Sequence record: NC_070957.1
Direction: 5' to 3' (one strand)
Length of the DNA: 64,000 nucleotides
The notes beneath the pieces are model-generated. The model was not told the DNA's origin. It did not search any database and saw only the letters and a list, made by a program, of their open reading frames with translations. The position numbers and the translations under genes were made by a program. Below are positions 56,802 through 64,000 of the stretch, in pieces; the stretch's first letter is position 1, and the number at the start of each line of letters is the position of its first letter.

Positions 56802-57773
56802 ATGAATGATTTCATCGCTGCTCGTTTCGGACATAACGTTTTCATCGGCTTCGATCTGGAGACACCTGATTGCTTGGATGTGATCAGTGCTTCCGGTGAA
56901 CGCATGGAAGTGCTGGCGATCAGCCATTACCGTCAGGATGCTCGCGGAATGTTCCGTGATCGTCGTTACGCACTGGTCCGTGCTATTGAAGGGATGTTGA
57001 TCCATCTCTCCGTTCTCCCCAACGAGAAACACATCAAAGCGTTTGACTTCCTGGAGCTGTCCTACATTCCAGGGGAAGGCTGCATGCTTCGTTACGACCG
57101 TCAGCGTGTATACCTGATGCGTTGCCCGCGACACATCAAAGCTCAGGAATTCAATGTCCCTGGCTTGGTCGTCGTCCTGACTCGTTTGATGAACCTGATC
57201 AAGGCCAACATCGAGTACTGTGACAATGACCTGAATGAAAAGGAAGCGCGTCTCAAGTACAAAGAGAATGACTACCTGATCAACACCCATCTTTACGAAG
57301 TGACCCGGATGGCAAGTCCTACTGGTAACTTCAACCGCAGTTATCAACGTTACTGGGCTTTGGCAGTTCGGATGTTCCAAGGTACCCAGGGAACCCCTAC
57401 TGATCCGGCACAACCGTATGCTTACGCCAAGGTACGGTTCTACAGTCCGCGTGGTTTCATGATCTATCAGACTGGTGCTGGTGTTGGTTGCAAGGAACGA
57501 GATGCGAAACTGTTTGACGCTCTCGATCGTTGCCGCCTGGGTGATCATCTCCAAGTGGTGTACACTACCCAACGTGGTGCGATGACACTTTCAACTACTC
57601 CGGATTGCGAACCGGATGGTTATGGTGAAATCAACATGCACCTGGTCAGTGGTCCTGCCGGTAGTTCGTTGACCATCCCGTATGAAACAGACGCGATCGT
57701 GTTCATTAAGAACTCCATCGCTGCGGCAAGTCGTGAAGCAACTGAAGCAGTTCGTGCACTGCGTTCGGCATAA
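56802..57773 (+). CDS. Hypothetical protein
   Basis: GAGGA RBS; 323 aa. Confidence 0.8.
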   Translation: MNDFIAARFGHNVFIGFDLETPDCLDVISASGERMEVLAISHYRQDARGMFRDRRYALVRAIEGMLIHLSVLPNEKHIKAFDFLELSYIPGEGCMLRYDRQRVYLMRCPRHIKAQEFNVPGLVVVLTRLMNLIKANIEYCDNDLNEKEARLKYKENDYLINTHLYEVTRMASPTGNFNRSYQRYWALAVRMFQGTQGTPTDPAQPYAYAKVRFYSPRGFMIYQTGAGVGCKERDAKLFDALDRCRLGDHLQVVYTTQRGAMTLSTTPDCEPDGYGEINMHLVSGPAGSSLTIPYETDAIVFIKNSIAAASREATEAVRALRSA

Positions 57774-57790
57774 TCTAAGAGGAAGCTAAC

Positions 57791-58129
57791 ATGTCAGTAG
57801 AAAGCATTAAGGAACGTGTTAAGAATTTCGTTAACATGTCCGGTATCGATGTGAACTTCAATGGTCGCATCATTACACCCAAGGCCAGGTTCCGTAAAGA
57901 CCGGATGAAAGCCACCCAGGAAACCGCTCGTCACTATCGCGAGATCAGGATTTCTGATGACGTACTGGACAATCTCGGAATCGAGAAAACGGATGGCAAG
58001 AACATCCCGACCATCGCCGAGTGTTTTGAGATGCTTCCTCCTCACTTCAAGCGGAAGGACAGTATCGTCAAGTACATGGAATCCCGCCGTACCGAATTTG
58101 ACAACCGGCTGAAGGAGTACCTGCAATGA
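57791..58129 (+). CDS. Hypothetical basic protein
   Basis: GAGGA RBS; 112 aa. Confidence 0.75.
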   Translation: MSVESIKERVKNFVNMSGIDVNFNGRIITPKARFRKDRMKATQETARHYREIRISDDVLDNLGIEKTDGKNIPTIAECFEMLPPHFKRKDSIVKYMESRRTEFDNRLKEYLQ

Positions 58130-58272
58130 CTGATGAGAATCTTCCTCAGTACATCCCTTTAGACTATATAGGGAAAGTCAGGAGTCGAGTCAAAAAGCAC
58201 GACGCGGCAAGACTCAAAGCGATGTACGAACGTGCACGCAATGTCGTCAAGAACAATACCCAGTCTAAATGA
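58126..58272 (+). CDS. 48-aa basic hypothetical protein (not in the ORF track)
   Basis: ATGA overlap; AAGGAG 8 nt upstream. Confidence 0.55.
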   Translation: MTDENLPQYIPLDYIGKVRSRVKKHDAARLKAMYERARNVVKNNTQSK

Positions 58273-58367
58273 CTGGGTTATCGAGTTGCGAGTATTCAGG
58301 TGGTATTATCCTGAGCTCGCAATCATGATGGACAATTCCGTTCATCATAATTTAAGAGGAAAGTAAG

Positions 58368-59282
58368 ATGTCCTGTAAACTGCTGAGTATCAATGTTCAC
58401 CCGACCTTGTCCATGGTTATCACTGAGGACAAAAGTTCTCATTTGCGTTTCCTTGGTCACACCAGTGAAAAGATGGCACTGACAACCACACCCATCAAGT
58501 TGGCTGGGGAGTTGATCGAGATCACTGATTTGTGGCGGGCGAGTGAATCAACATCCGGGATCGCGACCACACGCTTTAAGGTGATCAAGTCCTGCCTGGT
58601 CTATTACCCATTTGCCGGTAACGCAATAACGCTGATGAAAGCCGAGAACCGCGAAGAAGGTATTCGGAAATTGGAACGGCTCATCCAAATATTCAAGCAA
58701 TTCACCGACTACATTGCCGACGTTATTGACTTCGAAACAGCAACTAAACAGTTGCGTGAATTAGAAGATAAAACGATGGATGGATTGGTCTTCATCTACG
58801 GCGGTAAAACTTCGCAAGGTGGTAAACGTTTCTTCGAGAAGACTGAGTTCTTGGTCGGACGGTTGGTTGTAAGAACCACTTCTTTGGTTACCACCGATTT
58901 GGGTGAACGCAAAGAAGTTCCCGTTGGGCTCCAACTGGTTTTCACTGGGACAACAGGTAGCGCTATATTTGCTGTCCTGGACAACCCTATCAACAATGAC
59001 AAGTACGAGGCGATCATGAGGATGACCAAACCTCATCCCGATTGCGTTCCTCGTATTTTTCATACTGCTGGATCTACTGCACACGTTAGCAGTGGACACG
59101 GTCAGAATTTACCTGACGGATTCCCCGTCGGGATTACGTTCACCTATGTATCACCGGTGACCGCTAGACAACTCACTCTCTATCGGGATGCTGATGGAAT
59201 GGTCGAGTTCTTCGAGAAGACCTATCATGATGCAATGCTTCACGGTCATCTCAACCCTATCAACAACGAAAGTAAGGAGTAA
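58368..59282 (+). CDS. Hypothetical protein
   Basis: GAGGA RBS; 304 aa. Confidence 0.8.
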   Translation: MSCKLLSINVHPTLSMVITEDKSSHLRFLGHTSEKMALTTTPIKLAGELIEITDLWRASESTSGIATTRFKVIKSCLVYYPFAGNAITLMKAENREEGIRKLERLIQIFKQFTDYIADVIDFETATKQLRELEDKTMDGLVFIYGGKTSQGGKRFFEKTEFLVGRLVVRTTSLVTTDLGERKEVPVGLQLVFTGTTGSAIFAVLDNPINNDKYEAIMRMTKPHPDCVPRIFHTAGSTAHVSSGHGQNLPDGFPVGITFTYVSPVTARQLTLYRDADGMVEFFEKTYHDAMLHGHLNPINNESKE

Positions 59283-59285
59283 ATA

Positions 59286-59651
59286 ATGGGCGGTGTAAAC
59301 CCTCTGTTCGCAGCACTGTTGGAACTGATCGGCATCGATGTCTATGATACCGACAACTATCAAATCGGTCGCACTCGTTCCGGTAACTTCACCGACAACG
59401 GTAACAAGATCGAGTACGCAATCCGGACCATCCGTCTGGGTGGTTCACTCTGGATCACTGGTACTCTGGGTGATGACGTGGTTGAACTGCGTGTTGTAGA
59501 ACCTGGCGTAGCCGCGTTCAGCATCGGTCTTCCCAACAAGAACGATGCTGAGACTACCAGCAAGATCGTGTTCAACATCTCCTTCACCTGCGAAGAAGAT
59601 CTCCGTACCGCCTGGCGTCGTGTTGAAGGTCTCTTCAGCTACGCCGGTTAA
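59286..59651 (+). CDS. Hypothetical beta-rich protein
   Basis: AAGGAG RBS; strong codon bias; 121 aa. Confidence 0.8.
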   Translation: MGGVNPLFAALLELIGIDVYDTDNYQIGRTRSGNFTDNGNKIEYAIRTIRLGGSLWITGTLGDDVVELRVVEPGVAAFSIGLPNKNDAETTSKIVFNISFTCEEDLRTAWRRVEGLFSYAG

Positions 59652-59658
59652 ATCGACA

Positions 59659-59681
59659 AGGAGGGAAATAAATTCCCTCCT
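59659..59681 (+). terminator. Hairpin terminator
   Basis: aggagggaa-ataaa-ttccctcct. Confidence 0.65.
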
Positions 59682-59687
59682 ATAATC

Positions 59688-59711
59688 TTTCACACCTATA
59701 TTACTTAGGTG
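59688..59711 (+). promoter_or_regulatory. Putative early promoter
   Basis: tttcacacctatattacttaggtg (contains TATTAC). Confidence 0.6.
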
Positions 59712-59796
59712 CTGGTACGAATAGTAAAGCTTTACGCTTCGTGCTATAACTTGTTAACCAATTGTTTCTTTTCCACAACTAAGGGAAATCTGAAAA

Positions 59797-60243
59797 ATGT
59801 CCAAGAAAACTGAACTGACCTTCGCTGAAATCATGTCCGCCGGTAAAGACTCCCTGGTGAAGGGTGCTGACATCCACAACGCGACCCACACCATCAAGTT
59901 CAAGGCCGAAGACCTGACCATGCCCAAGGGCGTGACCGCTGAGTCTCTGGACCTCCACATGAACTTCATCAACCAGTCTTCCGAGCAAGTCAGCGCCGCT
60001 GTCATGGACATCGCCCAGGACCGCTACGAAGACACCAAGCACCTGGCTTGGGATGGTGTTCTGGAAGTGACCCCCGGTCTGATCCTGACTGGTTTCGCCA
60101 ACCTCCGTGAAGAAGTCGACGGCGAAGCTGTCTTCGGTTCCATGTCCAGCCTGGTCGACTACAACTACGGCACCGAGCTGACCGACTGGATCACCAGCAA
60201 CCAAGAGCTGATGGCCGAGAAAGCCAAGAAGCTCTTCGAGTAA
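59797..60243 (+). CDS. Acidic hypothetical protein, probably highly expressed and monocistronic
   Basis: Own promoter motif and terminator; strong C-ending codon bias; 148 aa. Confidence 0.85.
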   Translation: MSKKTELTFAEIMSAGKDSLVKGADIHNATHTIKFKAEDLTMPKGVTAESLDLHMNFINQSSEQVSAAVMDIAQDRYEDTKHLAWDGVLEVTPGLILTGFANLREEVDGEAVFGSMSSLVDYNYGTELTDWITSNQELMAEKAKKLFE

Positions 60244-60254
60244 ATGTTCGATCG

Positions 60255-60299
60255 CCCGTTCCTGGAAACAGGAACGGGTTACTTCATCTCTTTTTATTT
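60255..60299 (+). terminator. Rho-independent terminator
   Basis: cccgttcctg-gaaa-caggaacggg plus T tract. Confidence 0.85.
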
Positions 60300-60311
60300 T
60301 TGGGTTTTTGT

Positions 60312-60893
60312 ATGAACGATCGTCCCAATGCTAAACAAGTTCTTGCAAAACACACATCTAGAACGTTCCTTTGTGATGGTGATCGTTTAAGTTGTGTGTC
60401 CTTTATTCATCACGTAACCAAACACGTCTGGATAAAGGGTGGTGAGAGCTCAACTTATTTCCACGACGCCACCAACTTGAAACTTTTCCTGGGTGGAAAG
60501 ATCATCAAGCTTCATAGCTGTGATCTGGGTAGTGTTCACTACGGCCTGGTTGATTTCGTTCGTAAACTGGACGTGATTATAAAAGCTGTCAGTAACACAC
60601 TCGACTTCCTTGGTAAGAATCCAAAGTACGGTGACCGTTTCGTAGTGAAGGAATTCCTTAACCCGGTGGATGGTAACTTGGTGGACATCTATACCAGTTC
60701 CATAGCTATTACATCTAGCCCCACTCACGGGTTGACGTTTGAACTCGCGTCATGTGACTTTAAGAGCCGTATCACCCTACAACGCAAATCCGGTCCCAAG
60801 TTCCTGAGGAAGTTTCTTGATTTCGTCACCAAATGCCGAAATGAAGTTCAGAGTACTCTGGACAAGCACACTGGTACATTACAGGAGAGTTAA
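60312..60893 (+). CDS. Hypothetical protein with two IKLH-type repeats
   Basis: IKLHSCD...DFVRKL and LASCDFKSRITLQ...FLDFV. Confidence 0.7.
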   Translation: MNDRPNAKQVLAKHTSRTFLCDGDRLSCVSFIHHVTKHVWIKGGESSTYFHDATNLKLFLGGKIIKLHSCDLGSVHYGLVDFVRKLDVIIKAVSNTLDFLGKNPKYGDRFVVKEFLNPVDGNLVDIYTSSIAITSSPTHGLTFELASCDFKSRITLQRKSGPKFLRKFLDFVTKCRNEVQSTLDKHTGTLQES

Positions 60894-60895
60894 AA

Positions 60896-61432
60896 ATGCA
60901 TCCTAATGCAGAACGTGTTATGAACGGGGCTTTTGATGAAATCATTTTCTATGATAAGATCGAAGGTCCGCGAATTTACATGGATTGGGACTTCGGTCAG
61001 AATCCCATCACTGTAAGCGGAAAAGAAAGTGACATGAAGGTCCCTAGGCTTGAGCGGCTGGCAAAGATTCTGGAGTGGGAGGATAAAACCTCTTGGGTCC
61101 TGACATTTACTAATGGTGAATGGCCGAGCTGTTCCATCGAGTCTGTTGACCGTCGTGTCACCAAAGATCCTGACTGGGAACTTCCCTTTGACACTGTGGA
61201 AGAATGTCTTCTGCACATCCACGATCACATGGGTGAGAAAGGGCTGGTCTATCGTTCCAAGCAAGAAATGCCGCTCGATTTGACCAGTGTTGTCAAGCCG
61301 TGGGATCTCAGTAAGGAAACCTACACCAACGAGGAAGTTCGCATTCTCATGGAAATGATGAAGGCGGAATTCGTTGAGACAACCAACCAACTTTTCGATC
61401 GTATGCTGGGTCGTCTGGCAATAAAGGAATAA
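60896..61432 (+). CDS. Hypothetical protein
   Basis: AGGAG RBS; 178 aa. Confidence 0.75.
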   Translation: MHPNAERVMNGAFDEIIFYDKIEGPRIYMDWDFGQNPITVSGKESDMKVPRLERLAKILEWEDKTSWVLTFTNGEWPSCSIESVDRRVTKDPDWELPFDTVEECLLHIHDHMGEKGLVYRSKQEMPLDLTSVVKPWDLSKETYTNEEVRILMEMMKAEFVETTNQLFDRMLGRLAIKE

Positions 61433-61443
61433 GGAGTATAAAA

Positions 61444-61992
61444 ATGAAAAAGCTGGGTGTGTTTATTGTACTACTCTTTGCATCGATGTTTGCCATGGCC
61501 GGTGGTACTACGAAGGCCAATCTGGACCTCGGTAGCATGGGTTGGGTAGTCGACAAACGTACCGAAGACGGCAAAGCGTACATGATTCGTAATAAAGGGA
61601 ATAACGGTGGAGTCATCCGACTCGGCTGTAATGTCCCTGGCGGGGATGTTTCTGTCAAGTACATCTATCGGGGACTCAATAAAGACTTCTTCATTATTGA
61701 GCTTCTCACTGATGCCAGACTGGATTCCTATCCCTATACGGCCATGTATGGAGTTAAGTCATTGAACCAAGCAGCGATGTACAAGCAGTTCGCTATGACC
61801 GATGCTGGTTTCATGATGACTCGTTTTGCCGAAGGTGCGGCTGAGCGATTCTTTAAGAGTCGCAAAGATCGTGAGGTTTACGGACTCCCCCGTCCCATTG
61901 GTACGGAGCTGTTCGTTGGTCACGAGCAAGTAGCTGATTATATCAATGATGTTAAAGCCACTTGCGGTTTCACTGAGGAACCTCTTCACTGA
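61444..61992 (+). CDS. Secreted two-Cys protein
   Basis: AAGGAG RBS; signal peptide MKKLGVFIVLLFASMFAMA. Confidence 0.8.
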   Translation: MKKLGVFIVLLFASMFAMAGGTTKANLDLGSMGWVVDKRTEDGKAYMIRNKGNNGGVIRLGCNVPGGDVSVKYIYRGLNKDFFIIELLTDARLDSYPYTAMYGVKSLNQAAMYKQFAMTDAGFMMTRFAEGAAERFFKSRKDREVYGLPRPIGTELFVGHEQVADYINDVKATCGFTEEPLH

Positions 61993-62025
61993 GGAGCCTT
62001 TTCTATTAACTTAGGAAACCGGTAA

Positions 62026-62520
62026 ATGTCCTGTGTAAATATTGAAAGACTTGAAAAGGTCGGATACGTCATAGAACGTAGGTCGGATAGACTGGACCAA
62101 TTCATTTTAAGATCAAGGGAGCCGGGTGATCGCCCTGGGGTATTTGCGAGTGATGGTATCGAAGACAATCCTCGCTGGACTTCTGATGAACGTATGTCAT
62201 TCACAGTGGCATGTGACGTTTCTGCAAAGAAGTACATCATCTCACTGTTCATCTTTGGACGGTCGGATGAACTACCCCCTACGTATTTCCTGTTGGACGT
62301 TGAACCAACATCTCTTTGGCTGGCTGTTGAAACAGTCTTAGAGACTCAACCTCTGACTCCGGTTGACGAAACGATTGAAGCTCGAGACGACATCATTTCT
62401 GACGGAAAGGTTTATACTACCGACCAGGTGGTCACCCTGATAAAGTTAGTCCGCGGAGATCTCAACTCTCCTGAGGGTGATAAGCACATCGCGATGCTGC
62501 TCAAGAGTGTGCAGCCATAA
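62026..62520 (+). CDS. Hypothetical protein
   Basis: AGGA RBS; 164 aa. Confidence 0.75.
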   Translation: MSCVNIERLEKVGYVIERRSDRLDQFILRSREPGDRPGVFASDGIEDNPRWTSDERMSFTVACDVSAKKYIISLFIFGRSDELPPTYFLLDVEPTSLWLAVETVLETQPLTPVDETIEARDDIISDGKVYTTDQVVTLIKLVRGDLNSPEGDKHIAMLLKSVQP

Positions 62521-62528
62521 TAAATAAG

Positions 62529-62560
62529 CTCCTAGGAACGCTTGTGGGCGTTCCTAGGAG
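62529..62560 (+). terminator. Rho-independent terminator
   Basis: ctcctaggaacgc-ttgtgg-gcgttcctaggag. Confidence 0.8.
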
Positions 62561-62633
62561 TATATGTGTGTCATTTAATACAGAGGTCGTAACTATTCGT
62601 TATAGAGCGTTACAGAGCTCTAGATGCATAATT

Positions 62634-62657
62634 TTTCAGCTATACATTATTATAGTG
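62634..62657 (+). promoter_or_regulatory. Putative early promoter
   Basis: tttcagctatacattattatagtg motif match. Confidence 0.6.
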
Positions 62658-62691
62658 TAATGACAATCATTATTCTACTAAGGAGCACGAC

Positions 62692-63297
62692 ATGAAAACC
62701 ATTATTGCTTTTGTATTGTTTATGTTCGCTGTCGGTGTAGAAGCCGCCAGCTACGATATCAAAGAGGACCCGGTCTTCAATCTGGAAACTGCGGTCAACA
62801 ATGATGTCAGTGTTAAAAAGATCTCTGGTAAAACTCACATCAAGATCCAGGGTGTGAGTGCCGAGGGTAAACACAACCAGTGGGAGTTCATCTGCACTCC
62901 CTTCAAACCTGAACTTGTCATCAAGAACAACTCAGTTAACGAGGATGGTCAGATGACGAAGGAAGGAACTGGTTTCGCCATTCAGTTCTATATGGATGAG
63001 GAAGAAGTGGGACGTCCAATTGGCGAATGGGACAACGCGGACATTTATGTTTGGGATGATGGTCGTCAAGCTCTCGACCTCGCTCTTAACCGTTTACTTC
63101 CTATCGGCCAAGGCTGGATCGTATTTACAGTGTACGACATCGGGATGGGTAATGACAGGATTCCGGTTTCTTACAGTCACAAGTACCCGGTCGGTGTTGC
63201 ACAAGACATCGTGCGGAAACTGGTTAAAGCGGACGCTCTGGTTGATTGCAACTCTGCATTGATTCAAACTGGCGCTACCATCAAGTTCACTAACTAA
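62692..63297 (+). CDS. Secreted two-Cys protein
   Basis: AAGGAG RBS; signal peptide MKTIIAFVLFMFAVGVEA. Confidence 0.8.
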   Translation: MKTIIAFVLFMFAVGVEAASYDIKEDPVFNLETAVNNDVSVKKISGKTHIKIQGVSAEGKHNQWEFICTPFKPELVIKNNSVNEDGQMTKEGTGFAIQFYMDEEEVGRPIGEWDNADIYVWDDGRQALDLALNRLLPIGQGWIVFTVYDIGMGNDRIPVSYSHKYPVGVAQDIVRKLVKADALVDCNSALIQTGATIKFTN

Positions 63298-63308
63298 GGA
63301 AAAATACC

Positions 63309-63929
63309 ATGCGTTTTATTATTGCTTTTCTTACACTGGTTCTCTCCACTGGCTCCTATGCTTTCAGCTTCGGTAAGAAGGCTGTTCCGGTAGAGGAGAA
63401 CAGCTTCGAAACATCTTGGGCTCGTGTCCTCACTCTCAAAGATCAAATCTCTATGGGATGGACTGCTCGGGACATGAGTGACCGGGAATTCGATATTACC
63501 ATGATGTGCGACAGCATCCGCTCGACCATCTGGAATTACAAGTTCCCAGGCCAACCTGGTGTAAAGGTAGACGGCCTTGCCATGCTGATGGTCCGTGACG
63601 TCGGAAACGATTTGTCGAAGATCGACCTGGAGACCGAAAGCCGGAACTACATGGTGATCTTTGATAGTAACTATGCAATCGACGGTTCTGCGAATCTGGA
63701 AGTGCTGGTGAAAGACTCCAAGCGCATCGATGTGATTCCTGAACACATCAAGTTCCTGTGGGTTGGTTATAAAGCTAACCATACTGGTACCTGGATTGTT
63801 GCATCTGGACCCAAGATGTCCGCTGAAGGTATGTTCGGTCGTATGCAGTCTTACGCTGACTTCCCTCGTACCCAATTGGACACTTGCAGTCGTTCCATGG
63901 AGGAGCCTTCTTATAAGGTAGCCAACTAA
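63309..63929 (+). CDS. Secreted two-Cys protein
   Basis: AAGGA RBS; signal peptide MRFIIAFLTLVLSTGSYA. Confidence 0.8.
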   Translation: MRFIIAFLTLVLSTGSYAFSFGKKAVPVEENSFETSWARVLTLKDQISMGWTARDMSDREFDITMMCDSIRSTIWNYKFPGQPGVKVDGLAMLMVRDVGNDLSKIDLETESRNYMVIFDSNYAIDGSANLEVLVKDSKRIDVIPEHIKFLWVGYKANHTGTWIVASGPKMSAEGMFGRMQSYADFPRTQLDTCSRSMEEPSYKVAN

Positions 63930-63930
63930 G

Positions 63931-63962
63931 AAAAGCCCCGTGTTCACGGACACGGGGCTTTT
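63931..63962 (+). terminator. Rho-independent terminator
   Basis: aaaagccccgtgt-tcacgg-acacggggctttt. Confidence 0.8.
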
Positions 63963-63974
63963 AAGGAGTTATCC

Positions 63975-64000
63975 ATGAATAACAAAACTGTTGTATTTCT
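63975..64000 (+). CDS. Start of a CDS running off the window
   Basis: AAGGAG RBS followed by ATG (MNNKTVVF...). Confidence 0.55.

Noticed and set aside
1-64000. CRISPR array, tRNA, rRNA or alternative genetic code
   Set aside because: No regularly spaced repeats, no cloverleaf or rRNA-like tracts; genes translate full-length in code 11

Overview
This window is 64 kb of a phiKZ/EL-like jumbo phage genome (nucleus-forming Chimalliviridae-type lineage), densely coding in the standard genetic code. I found no tRNA, rRNA, CRISPR array, intron or intein. 1-18.4 kb is an accessory and metabolic block: a secreted LprI-type lysozyme-inhibitor-domain protein, a metallophosphoesterase, two paralogous miniature kinase-fold proteins, thyA, a HAD-GNAT fusion, DHFR, a ClpP-like protease directly upstream of a GroEL-like chaperonin, and thymidine kinase. 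18.5-53.7 kb is the conserved phiKZ-like core: virion proteins, an RNase H-like protein, an SF2 helicase, UvsX/RecA, three virion RNA polymerase subunits (beta C-terminal part, beta' N-terminal part with DFDGD, beta N-terminal part), a 2353-aa gp181-like tail protein with a GH19 lysozyme domain, an EL188-like endolysin and the gp175-like prohead protease. 53.7-64 kb is an array of unknown, probably early genes ending in several secreted two-cysteine proteins. A 24-nt motif (TTTCA-N3-NGATATTATTANNGTG) precedes 11 transcription units, and strong hairpin terminators delimit most operons. Family assignments come from motifs recognised by eye; no database searches were run, and phiKZ/EL gene numbers are from recalled homology and synteny.
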